Virus record (IMG/VR): IMGVR_UViG_3300030376_004203
Location: 1-35,379 of that record
Direction: 5' to 3' (one strand)
Source: a virus
Lineage: Duplodnaviria; Caudoviricetes
Length of the DNA stretch: 35,379 nt
Below are positions 1-8,758 of the stretch, in pieces. Position numbers and translations under genes: made by a program. The stretch's first letter is position 1. Each line of letters starts with the position of its first letter. Below the pieces are notes generated by a model, which did not search any database, had not been told where the DNA came from, and saw nothing but the letters and a program-made list of their open reading frames with translations.

Positions 1-23
1 TGAAAAAAGGAGGAAAGAAATAA
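1..23 (+). CDS. 3' end of a small basic protein (...KKGGKK*), truncated by the window start
   Basis: Codons at 3-20 read KKGGKK. The TAA at 21-23 overlaps the next ATG (TAATG), as in the downstream chain. Confidence 0.55.
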
Positions 24-88
24 TGGCAGTATACGGAAAAAAGTCTAAAAAAGGCGGTAAAAGAACATCTACCAGAAAGAGCTACTAA
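23..88 (+). CDS. 21-aa basic micro-protein MAVYGKKSKKGGKRTSTRKSY
   Basis: Translated by hand. TAATG overlap at both ends; 8/21 residues K/R, no D/E. Not in the ORF track. Confidence 0.7.
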   Translation: MAVYGKKSKKGGKRTSTRKSY

Positions 89-153
89 TGCCAAAGGGTA
101 AGAAGAAATCTTGTGGCTGCTCAAGCTGCATGGGAAGGAGAAGAGTACGATAA
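88..153 (+). CDS. 21-aa basic Cys-containing micro-protein MPKGKKKSCGCSSCMGRRRVR
   Basis: Translated by hand. TAATG overlap at both ends; CxCxxC motif, 8/21 K/R. Not in the ORF track. Confidence 0.7.
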   Translation: MPKGKKKSCGCSSCMGRRRVR

Positions 154-335
154 TGGCAAAAGGAATGAAGCACTATCGGAAGGATGGAACGGAGCACAAG
201 GGCGGTCTTCACAAGATGTCTAATGGTCAGCTTCATTCTGGGAAGACACATACTAAATCTTCTAAGCCATTGTTTCATTACGGAGATCTTTCTGAAAAAG
301 CACAAGTTAAAGCTAGAAAGTTCTGGAAGGTCTAA
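153..335 (+). CDS. 60-aa basic His-rich phage protein (MAKGMKHYRKDG...)
   Basis: The ORF track has 111..335, but the ATG at 153 lies in a TAATG overlap and is the better start. Confidence 0.8.
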   Translation: MAKGMKHYRKDGTEHKGGLHKMSNGQLHSGKTHTKSSKPLFHYGDLSEKAQVKARKFWKV

Positions 336-466
336 TGCCTAAAGACGCTTGTTACAGAAAAGTTAAAGCACGGTACAAGGTGTTCCCATCTGCGTATGCA
401 AGTGGAGCAATAGCTAAATGCCGTAAGGTTGGTGCTGCCAACTGGGGTAAGCGCAAGAAGAAGTAA
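335..466 (+). CDS. 43-aa basic protein MPKDACYRKVKARYKVFPSAYASGAIAKCRKVGAANWGKRKKK
   Basis: Translated by hand. TAATG overlap at both ends; 14/43 K/R. The DACY..VK.RY.V.PSAYASGA..KCRK motif resembles small proteins I recall from aquatic phages (unverified). Not in the ORF track. Confidence 0.8.
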   Translation: MPKDACYRKVKARYKVFPSAYASGAIAKCRKVGAANWGKRKKK

Positions 467-744
467 TGGCTGTACGGAAGACAAAGGAAGGTGCTGCTCT
501 CAAGCGGTGGTTCAAGGAGAAGTGGGTAGATGTACGCACTGGTAAGCCTTGTGGTCGCCGCAAAGGGGAAAGTCGTGGTACTCCTTATTGTCGCCCATCT
601 AAGCGTGTTAGCAGCAAAACTCCTGTAACTAAAGGAGAAATGACTGCATCACAGAAGAGATCAAGGATAGCCCAGAAGAAGAAACTAGGTCAACCGGCAG
701 GCAGACCAAGAAGAGTAAAGGCGGTAAGACGTGGCAATAAATAA
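466..744 (+). CDS. 92-aa basic phage protein (LKRWFKEKWVDV..GKPCGR..PYCRPSKRVS)
   Basis: ORF track. TAATG start, K/R-rich, conserved-looking Trp/Cys motifs. Confidence 0.85.
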   Translation: MAVRKTKEGAALKRWFKEKWVDVRTGKPCGRRKGESRGTPYCRPSKRVSSKTPVTKGEMTASQKRSRIAQKKKLGQPAGRPRRVKAVRRGNK

Positions 745-979
745 GAAAAGCATGAAGTGCAACGTTCCTAAAAGGCAAGTGTCTGGAGGGAAGAAGTTTG
801 TCGTGAAAGCCTGCCAAGGTGGCAAGGAAAAGATTGTTAGGTTTGGAGATGCCAATATGAGCATCAAGAAGAGCAACCCGGCCAGAAAGAAAAGCTACTG
901 TGCAAGGTCAGGCGGCATTAAGGGCAAAAGTAATAAACTATCAGCTAACTATTGGAGCCGTAGGGCTTGGAACTGCTAA
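731..979 (+). CDS. 82-aa basic phage protein (RFGD..M..KK.NP.RKKSYCAR...YWS..AW)
   Basis: ORF track. GTG start; the stop overlaps the ATG at 979 (TAATG). Confidence 0.8.
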   Translation: MAINKKSMKCNVPKRQVSGGKKFVVKACQGGKEKIVRFGDANMSIKKSNPARKKSYCARSGGIKGKSNKLSANYWSRRAWNC

Positions 980-3447
980 TGGCAAGATACGACAGATACG
1001 GAGCTTTAGACGATCAAATCATAGAGGATTTGGATTCGGGATTCGTTGGATTCAATAACAAGGTGCGGCCAGATCAACTGAGCTCAGGAATCTTGCGTGA
1101 ATCTAATAATGGCAGGATGGACCTGAACGGTCAGTGGCAACCAAGAAAAGGAATTGAGCTTTTTGCCGCTCCATTCCCTGCTGCTGTGTTTACTACTCCT
1201 TTCTATTTGTACGAGTCCATTCCGTCTGTTAGCTCTTATAATCGTTTAGGCGATGTTATCACTGTAAACTTTTCAGGTAGTCACGGAATTGTTAATGGTA
1301 CTGCCGTTAATATTAGTGGACTTTCATACACTGGGGTCATCAATCCCAACGGCAACTTTGTTGCCACTGTCATTGATGCTGACTCAATTAGCTACACGGT
1401 ATCTTCACTAGATTCTACTCCGACCGGAACAATGACTGTTACGGGGATGAAGATTAATGACACTGCTACAAACAACATTGAGGCATCGTGCGAGTATTCA
1501 GACCCAAACAACGACTCTTTGTCCTACATAGCTTGTGCGGCTACCAACAGTGCTGCTCTTGTTAAGACATCTGACCAAACCACGATTACTCTGTCTTACC
1601 CAACAGGAGAGAGCGTACCCGAAGGGTCTACAATGACTCAGGTTTTTAACAAAATTTACATATTTAGAAAGGGTCAAATTGCCCTTGAGTGGGATGGCAA
1701 TGTTGGTGGCAGCTTAGAATTTACTTTAGTAGCCAATGGAGACTATGACCAGCCCGTTCACTTTGTAACATCTAACGGAGAGTTTAAGATAACGGACAAC
1801 GTGGCTTCCGTAATTGCCACTCATAATTTAATAGAAGGAAACAATTTGTTTGTGGTAGATCCTTCTGCTTCTGCTCAGACATCTGGGTTAAAACAGAATG
1901 CAAACTTTACTGTCTATCAGACATATGTTCAAGGCTCTACGGTTTCCATATCTGCTGCATCTGCGGCTTCGGTAAGCGGAGGCGATTACGATGGCATGTA
2001 TAAGGTTACCCTTACTACTGCTACAGACCATGGCCTGTCTTTGACAGACCCAATTACCATTGCTGGATTTAGCGATACTAAGATTGATGGAAACAGATTT
2101 GTTACGCAGGTTATTAGTTCAACCCAGTTTACTATTCATGTTTCCCAGAATCCGTCTACCACAATAACTGGAGATGAAACTGTTAAGGTAGCTGAAGGAT
2201 TTTCGTTTATCATAGAACCAAAAGGCTTAGAAAGTCATGTTACTGATGGAGAAAGCTTGCTAGCCAATCCAATATTTTCAGCAGTTCCTTCGGTTGGGGC
2301 TGGATTTATCCACTCTCCAGCTCCTCAGTTTGCTGTTTACCATCAACGTAGATTGGTTGTCCCGTATGAATTTGACGTCATTGGATCTAGCGGAAGTGCA
2401 ACTATAAATTCTAGAGGAATAGTTGATGAAGCTATTTTCTCGGACATCTTAGATGCTGATACATATGACCGCATACAAGGTCAGTTTAGATTTAATGCAG
2501 GCAAGTCTGACTTTATTGTAGGCTTTCATTCTTTTTCCGATGATCAACTTATAGTTTTTAATCGGAACAGCATACATCTTGTTTCCAATAGTTTTAATTT
2601 AACTGAGGCTACCTCTAAGCTAATTACCGGAGAGATAGGTTGCGTGTCTAGAGACACCATTATCCAAGTTGCAGACACTATGCTTTTCTTGTCTGATAAC
2701 GGAGTGTATGGACTTAACTTCCAAGACCTCTACAACTTGAGAGGAAAGGACATTCCTCTTTCGGCTTCCATTGAAGGTACAATTCAGCGGATAAACAAGC
2801 AATATTCTCACAAGGCAAAGTCTGTTTATTTTGACAATAGATATTACATTGCCGTTCCACTGGATGACTCGTCCACAAACAACGCCTTGTTAATTTACAA
2901 TTTTGTTAATCAGCAATGGGAGTCTGTGGATTCCATAAACGACTCTGCTTGGGACTTCACGCACCTAGTGGTCGGAGGAAGAGATGATGTTCGTGGTGTT
3001 TATGCAATAAACCGATTTGGCGGCGTCCATAGAATTGAATATAGAAACGATGACATAGATCGTTACGTTGTTCAAATTGGTCAGCCTCAAGTTCAGTCTA
3101 CCGTAAGCAGTTCTGTTGTTTCTAGGATGTTTACTCTTAATTCGATAGACCGAAAAAAGTGGAACAACTTCGAGGTTCATTTGGAGTCTAGCTCAAATAA
3201 CATCTCTGATGCAAATTTAGAGGCAATAACTGAGAACATTGATGATATAATAGATCTTGGTTCCGTCTCCGACCTTAATGGGCAAGAGATACCAATAGAT
3301 GAAGATGTATCACTTAGAGGAAGATTTGGGAATAGGAGAGCTTACGGATTGCAATTTAAGATGACTACGACTAAAGGTCGCCCTAAGTTTAGGGCATTGA
3401 AGGTCGCAGGGGCTACCACATTTAGAAGTTTACAAAAGGCAGAATAA
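979..3447 (+). CDS. Tail tubular protein B / nozzle (T7 gp12 or P22 gp10-like) with inserted beta-domains
   Basis: About 822 aa, beta-rich. GCVSRDTIIQVADTMLFLSDNGVY motif typical of podovirus nozzle/stabilisation proteins. Lies before the tail fibre. Start moved to the TAATG ATG at 979. Confidence 0.75.
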   Translation: MARYDRYGALDDQIIEDLDSGFVGFNNKVRPDQLSSGILRESNNGRMDLNGQWQPRKGIELFAAPFPAAVFTTPFYLYESIPSVSSYNRLGDVITVNFSGSHGIVNGTAVNISGLSYTGVINPNGNFVATVIDADSISYTVSSLDSTPTGTMTVTGMKINDTATNNIEASCEYSDPNNDSLSYIACAATNSAALVKTSDQTTITLSYPTGESVPEGSTMTQVFNKIYIFRKGQIALEWDGNVGGSLEFTLVANGDYDQPVHFVTSNGEFKITDNVASVIATHNLIEGNNLFVVDPSASAQTSGLKQNANFTVYQTYVQGSTVSISAASAASVSGGDYDGMYKVTLTTATDHGLSLTDPITIAGFSDTKIDGNRFVTQVISSTQFTIHVSQNPSTTITGDETVKVAEGFSFIIEPKGLESHVTDGESLLANPIFSAVPSVGAGFIHSPAPQFAVYHQRRLVVPYEFDVIGSSGSATINSRGIVDEAIFSDILDADTYDRIQGQFRFNAGKSDFIVGFHSFSDDQLIVFNRNSIHLVSNSFNLTEATSKLITGEIGCVSRDTIIQVADTMLFLSDNGVYGLNFQDLYNLRGKDIPLSASIEGTIQRINKQYSHKAKSVYFDNRYYIAVPLDDSSTNNALLIYNFVNQQWESVDSINDSAWDFTHLVVGGRDDVRGVYAINRFGGVHRIEYRNDDIDRYVVQIGQPQVQSTVSSSVVSRMFTLNSIDRKKWNNFEVHLESSSNNISDANLEAITENIDDIIDLGSVSDLNGQEIPIDEDVSLRGRFGNRRAYGLQFKMTTTKGRPKFRALKVAGATTFRSLQKAE

Positions 3448-6400
3448 TGGCTATACTAACAACAGGAAACACTTTTGCTGACGGCGATCAGGTTACATCG
3501 ACTAAGCTAAACAATATAGCTAATGCAGCTACATTTGCTTCAGGATCTGTAGACGATTCTACAACTCAGATATCTAGCGGAGCAATCATCGTAAAAGACT
3601 TGGGTATCAGTACCGGTAAGCTTGCTGCTAGTGCGGTGACCACTGCCAAAATTACAGACAGCAACGTAACCACTGCCAAAATTGCTGCTGCTAACATAAC
3701 CACCTCACTCATTGCCGATAGCAATGTTACTAAGGCTAAGATTGAAAACCTAGCAAACTACAAGATTCTTGGTAATGTTTCTGGTGGAGCTGCTGCTCCT
3801 GCGGAAGTGGCTTTATTGGATGAGGACAATATGTCTTCTAACTCCGCCACATCTCTTGCTACCCAGCAGAGCATCAAAGCGTATGTTGATACTCAACTAA
3901 CTGCTGAAGACCTAGACTTTGCCGGGGACAGCGGAACTGGATCTGTCGATCTGGACAGTCAAACTTTTACTATTGCTGGTGCAACTGGACTAGACACCGC
4001 AGCTAGTGGGCAAACGCTCACTGTATCTTTAGATCTAAATGAACTCGCTACAGAAACGAGTATAGCTCAAGATGACTTTGTAGCTATGGTGGACAACACC
4101 GATAGCGGCAATGGAAAGATTACTTTTTCTAATTTAGAGGACCAAGTTTTTGGAAATGTAAGTGGAGACATTCTTATTGCTGCTGGTGGTGCTGCAACAA
4201 TTCAGGCTAATAGTGTAGCTCTTGGTACTGACACCACTGGAAATTATGTACAGAGTGTTACTAATGGATCGTACATCACTGGTGGTGATGGTGGATCTGA
4301 AAGTGCAGCACTTACTTTAGCAGTAGATGCTACATCGGCAAACACTGCCTCTAAGGTTGTAGCTCGTGATTCTTCAGGAAACTTTGCTGCTGGTACAATT
4401 ACGGCTGCTCTTACGGGAAATGTAACGGGCAATGTGACAGGGAATATTACTGGAAACGTAACAGGTGATTTAACTGGCAACAGTGCAGGTGTACATACAG
4501 GAAGCGTAACGGGTAACGTTACAGGAAACCTGACGGGAGACGTAACAGGTGATGTCACTGGAAACCTAACAGGTAATGTTACATCTACAGGAACTAGCAC
4601 GTTTTCCACTATAGATGTTAATGGTGGAGCTATAGATGGAGCAATAATCGGAGCAGCATCTGCTGCTGCAATTACAGGAACGACAATTACTGGTACGTCT
4701 CTTGTTGGTCCTCTTACGGGTAATGTAACAGGAGACCTAACTGGCAATGTAACCGCTTCATCAGTTCTTGCTAGTGGCGTTACGGCAACTACTCAAACCT
4801 CTGGCGACAACTCAACCAAGGTGGCTACCACTGCTTATGTTGATGCTCAGGTTAGCGCTGATGGTGGTTGGATTCTTGGAGGCGATTCAGGAAGCGACGA
4901 TCCTATTCCTCCCGGACAGACAGTTAATTTTGCTGGCACTACTAACGAGATAGAAACATCAGTATCGAATAACACTTTAACTATTGGTCTTCCTGACGAT
5001 GTAACTATAGCTGGTAATCTCACTGTAAATGGTACAACCACTACGGTTAATACGCAGACGCTATCGGTTGAAGATCCTTTAATTGAACTAGCAAACCAGA
5101 ATGCCGCAAACTCTGTGGATGTTGGTTTGTACGGAGACTACTCTTTAAACTCTGGTGTTACCACTAAGTACGCTGGTCTATTTAAGGATGCTAGTGACTC
5201 AGATAAGTTTAAGCTTTTCAAGGGGCTTGAAGTTGAGCCTACAACTACGGTTAATACTTCAGGCACTGGTTACACCGCTGCTGACTTGGTAGTTGGTGGA
5301 CTGGAAGCATCTGGCGATGCCAACTTCGACTCAGGTACGTTTTTTGTAGATGCTTCTGCTAACAAAGTTGGTATTGGAACGACGTCGCCCACCACTCCCC
5401 TTCATGTGCAAGCAGATGGCGTTGCTATTAAATTGGATGGTTCATCAAGCACAACCAAGAGCATTTTCTTTAGGCAGACAAATTCATCTAATCCTGCACA
5501 AGTTTATGCAGACGGTTCATTGAGGTTGTTCACGGAAGACAGTGGTACAGACATTCGTTTTCATGTAAACAGTGACGGATCTAGTAACGAGAAGATGCGT
5601 ATTAACGCTACGGGCATTGGCATTGGCACGGCGGCTCCAAGTACAGCTTTAGACGTAGCAGGCAGCGTGAAGGCTGATGGGTTGACTGTAGAAGCAAGTA
5701 TTTCTTCGACTGTTTCATCTGCAACGGGAACAGTTGCAAGGTTTATAAACAACGCAAGTTCTTCTGATGCTGCCATCATTGATATTGTTGGAGGGAACAC
5801 AAGCGTAACAAGCGGGGAAGCTATTTCGGCTCTTTACTTGAGTGACGCAAATGCAAACGGTAGAGGTCGTGTCGAATATAGCCATCAGAATGACAGTCTT
5901 GCGCTATATTCAGCGGCAGTTCCTAGATTAAACATTGCCAACAACGGAGACATCAGCTTCTATGAGGACACAGGATCAACTGCTAAGTTGTTCTGGGATG
6001 CGTCTGCGGAGTCTTTGGGCATTGGAACTAGCTCGCCAACAGTCGGTAAATTGCAAGTCAATGACGGCAGTGGTGCTATTGTTGCTATTACACGCACAAG
6101 CGGAGCTACATCTGGCAACTTAGGTGTACTACGGTTTGGCAACACAGATGTTGACAGTAATCTCGCAAATATTTCTGCTATCCAAGACGGCTCAACAACC
6201 AGTTCTGCTTTGACTTTTGAAACTCAGTCTACTGGTGGAGCTACAGCAGAACGTCTCCGCATAGACTCATCGGGCCAGTTAATTTTACTCGGTAATGGCG
6301 GCAGCACAACCAACTCGTTAGACATTTCATACAATGGGACTAGTGGAGAGGGTAAAATACAGGTAGACTCAGGCGGTGGAAACACCTTTTTAACTCTTGG

Positions 6401-8399
6401 CACATCAGATTCAGGAACTGTTGCTGAACGACTACGCATTACTTCTGCTGGAAACGTCGGCATTGGAACTACAGGGCCACAGGCATTGCTTGAGGTGGGT
6501 GATGCAGCATCTAGCAGTGCTGTAACTGACGGAAACCTCATTGTTAAAACGACATCTACCAACGATACTGCTATAGTTATACAGGAAAATTCTGGTTCAG
6601 AGCAGTGGGGGATGGGTGTCAATGTTGACGGGGATTTGGCTTTCACGAACTCAGGAAATGCGGCAAGTATAGTTTTTGACGATAGTAATAATGTAGGCAT
6701 TGGTACTACGAGTCCTTCTTATAAATTACATTTATCTGAAGCATCAACAGATTTTGCTGCTCTGATTGCCAATAGCACCTCCAGTGGAAATGGTTTAAAA
6801 ATTGATGCTGGTGATAATTCTGGCGACCGCATCCTCCAGTTGAGTGATAAGGATGGAAATGAGAAGATGCGAGTCGGTGCAACTGGCTTAGTCGGTATAG
6901 GTACTACGTCACCCTCAGGAGAACTACACGTTAATAATTCTTCATCTGCTTCTGATGTCTACATTTCCAGCGGGACTACTAGCGATGCAATTATTGCCTT
7001 GCAGACTGATACGGGTGGATCTGCTCGTGAAGCTCGCATTGGCTATGACTACAGTGCGTCTCTTTTAAAGCTAGTGACTGGATCTGGTTTTTCTGGATCT
7101 ACAAGTGGAATAAATATAGACACGAGTGGCAACGTAGGAATAAAAACTGCCAGTCCAAGTGCTGCTCTTGATGTTACTGGTGAACTTGAGTTATCGAGCC
7201 ACGCAACGTTAGGAAGCAATCTCTATGCTAATCGTCCTTCCGACGCTTGGACGAGTTCTACAACTTGGATCAATGTCAGCGACTATGGTGCTTTAAATTC
7301 AGGCGGATCGTTTGCTCTGACGCTAAATGGAAATGGTTACAGGAGCAATGATGGCGACTGGACATCGCATGGCAACAACTCCTTAAATGGAGCAACCCAA
7401 ATCTGGCAATACCCAGCAGGATATATAACATTCAATACCAATTCTAGTTGGGCTACTGGTAGTAGCACTACTGTTACCGAGCGAGTTAGAATTGATAGTG
7501 ATGGCAACGTCGGCATTGGAGAAACTTCTCCAGACGTTCTCCTCCATGTTGGTACAGGATCTATTTACCAGAACAAAACTGGTAGCGGAACATTCCCAGG
7601 TCTTTCTGATACTACATCACATGGATTTATGGCAGAAAGCCAAGGGGCTGACGGGTCTACAATTCATGTTAGCAGAACTAATAGTGCAGCAGGAAACTTT
7701 TCTCGACAAGGTACAGGAGACGTTGTAGTGTTCCGTAATACATCTGGATCAGTTACAGAAGCTGGTAGTGTTGAAATCACGGGAGCTACTAGTGTAGCTT
7801 ACAGGACTTCTTCTGACTATCGACTTAAAGAAAATGTAGTTGATGTTTCAGACGGAATTGATCGCGTAAAACAACTCAATCCAGTACGCTTCAACTTTAT
7901 CGGAGAAGATCCTGTAGTAGATGGATTCTTGGCTCACGAGGTTCAAGATGTTGTTCCTGAAGCTATTGGCGGAGAAAAGGATGCTATGAAGGACGAGGAG
8001 TACGAAGTGTCTCCTGCTGTCTATGAAGATGTTGTTCACCCAGCAGTGGACGCTGTTTATGAAGATGTAGTACATCCTGCTACTTACGAGGAAGTGGTAC
8101 ATCCAGCAGTGGAAGCCACTTACGATGAAGATGGCAATGAGCTTACTCCCGCTGTAGAGGAATACACAGAGCAAGTGTTGCTTACTGAAGAATACACGGA
8201 GCAAGTTTTGGTTACTGAAGCTGTAGAAGAGTGGACAGAAAGTGTACTAGTTACTGAAGCAGTGATGGATACTCGAAGTGTTCCTGACTATCAGGGCATT
8301 GACCAATCTAAACTAGTACCGCTTTTGACCGCAGCATTGCAAGAGGCTGTAGCTAAGATTGAGGCATTGGAAGCTAGAGTACAAACACTAGAAGGATGA
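3447..8399 (+). CDS. Long tail fibre with C-terminal intramolecular chaperone (peptidase S74)
   Basis: 1650 aa with VTTAKI and GNVTG repeats and eight GIGT.SP-type modules. C-terminal S74 signature: SSDYRLKENV..LNPVRF..GFLAHEVQ..PEA..YQGIDQSKLVPLL, then a coiled coil. Confidence 0.92.
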   Translation: MAILTTGNTFADGDQVTSTKLNNIANAATFASGSVDDSTTQISSGAIIVKDLGISTGKLAASAVTTAKITDSNVTTAKIAAANITTSLIADSNVTKAKIENLANYKILGNVSGGAAAPAEVALLDEDNMSSNSATSLATQQSIKAYVDTQLTAEDLDFAGDSGTGSVDLDSQTFTIAGATGLDTAASGQTLTVSLDLNELATETSIAQDDFVAMVDNTDSGNGKITFSNLEDQVFGNVSGDILIAAGGAATIQANSVALGTDTTGNYVQSVTNGSYITGGDGGSESAALTLAVDATSANTASKVVARDSSGNFAAGTITAALTGNVTGNVTGNITGNVTGDLTGNSAGVHTGSVTGNVTGNLTGDVTGDVTGNLTGNVTSTGTSTFSTIDVNGGAIDGAIIGAASAAAITGTTITGTSLVGPLTGNVTGDLTGNVTASSVLASGVTATTQTSGDNSTKVATTAYVDAQVSADGGWILGGDSGSDDPIPPGQTVNFAGTTNEIETSVSNNTLTIGLPDDVTIAGNLTVNGTTTTVNTQTLSVEDPLIELANQNAANSVDVGLYGDYSLNSGVTTKYAGLFKDASDSDKFKLFKGLEVEPTTTVNTSGTGYTAADLVVGGLEASGDANFDSGTFFVDASANKVGIGTTSPTTPLHVQADGVAIKLDGSSSTTKSIFFRQTNSSNPAQVYADGSLRLFTEDSGTDIRFHVNSDGSSNEKMRINATGIGIGTAAPSTALDVAGSVKADGLTVEASISSTVSSATGTVARFINNASSSDAAIIDIVGGNTSVTSGEAISALYLSDANANGRGRVEYSHQNDSLALYSAAVPRLNIANNGDISFYEDTGSTAKLFWDASAESLGIGTSSPTVGKLQVNDGSGAIVAITRTSGATSGNLGVLRFGNTDVDSNLANISAIQDGSTTSSALTFETQSTGGATAERLRIDSSGQLILLGNGGSTTNSLDISYNGTSGEGKIQVDSGGGNTFLTLGTSDSGTVAERLRITSAGNVGIGTTGPQALLEVGDAASSSAVTDGNLIVKTTSTNDTAIVIQENSGSEQWGMGVNVDGDLAFTNSGNAASIVFDDSNNVGIGTTSPSYKLHLSEASTDFAALIANSTSSGNGLKIDAGDNSGDRILQLSDKDGNEKMRVGATGLVGIGTTSPSGELHVNNSSSASDVYISSGTTSDAIIALQTDTGGSAREARIGYDYSASLLKLVTGSGFSGSTSGINIDTSGNVGIKTASPSAALDVTGELELSSHATLGSNLYANRPSDAWTSSTTWINVSDYGALNSGGSFALTLNGNGYRSNDGDWTSHGNNSLNGATQIWQYPAGYITFNTNSSWATGSSTTVTERVRIDSDGNVGIGETSPDVLLHVGTGSIYQNKTGSGTFPGLSDTTSHGFMAESQGADGSTIHVSRTNSAAGNFSRQGTGDVVVFRNTSGSVTEAGSVEITGATSVAYRTSSDYRLKENVVDVSDGIDRVKQLNPVRFNFIGEDPVVDGFLAHEVQDVVPEAIGGEKDAMKDEEYEVSPAVYEDVVHPAVDAVYEDVVHPATYEEVVHPAVEATYDEDGNELTPAVEEYTEQVLLTEEYTEQVLVTEAVEEWTESVLVTEAVMDTRSVPDYQGIDQSKLVPLLTAALQEAVAKIEALEARVQTLEG
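4410..4752 (+). repeat. Coding tandem repeat, (GNVT/GDLT)n 4-aa units
   Basis: TGNVTGNVTGNITGNVTGDLTG runs in the fibre translation. Boundaries approximate. Confidence 0.85.
8016..8264 (+). repeat. Acidic coding repeats inserted in the S74 chaperone
   Basis: Three A(V/T)YE(D/E)VVHPA units, then YDEDGNE, then three EE(Y/W)TE(Q/S)VL(L/V)T units. Confidence 0.9.
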
Positions 8400-8746
8400 T
8401 AAGCATTTCACACGTTACCGAAAAATCTTTGCCACATTTGTCAGAGCGTATGCTCGCCGACAATCACAATGTGGTTATGCCAACTCACATCTTCCACAAG
8501 GATGGCGACATCATTGGTTCTGCCAGTGTTGGTGCTGCACCACTTGTTTGGTGGTGGATGGACAGCAAGAGGGCAAAGGCGTTGGACAGTGTTCGGGCCA
8601 TCAAGAAACTTGAGAACGAGTATGCCTCGCATGGTGTTCACCGTGCTTTTATAATGTGTGATAAGGGCAGCAATTTTTTTCCCAACATGGAACGTCTTGG
8701 TAACAAGAAGATGTGGGAAGGGGTAATGTACTACAGGAATTTTTAA
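8396..8746 (+). CDS. Hypothetical 116-aa protein, possibly GNAT-fold or T7 gp13-like assembly factor
   Basis: ATGA overlap. Sits between the fibre and the ejection proteins; function inferred from position only. Confidence 0.6.
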   Translation: MISISHVTEKSLPHLSERMLADNHNVVMPTHIFHKDGDIIGSASVGAAPLVWWWMDSKRAKALDSVRAIKKLENEYASHGVHRAFIMCDKGSNFFPNMERLGNKKMWEGVMYYRNF

Positions 8747-8758
8747 AGAGGAATAGAT

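Noticed and set aside
4244-7728. Antisense and alternate-frame ORFs inside the tail fibre, such as 4244..4747 and 6224..6700 on the minus strand
   Set aside because: Shadows of repetitive Gly/Thr/Val-rich coding sequence, with no independent motifs.
3447-8399. Diversity-generating retroelement or invertible cassette acting on the fibre
   Set aside because: No reverse transcriptase, recombinase or near-identical TR/VR pair seen.
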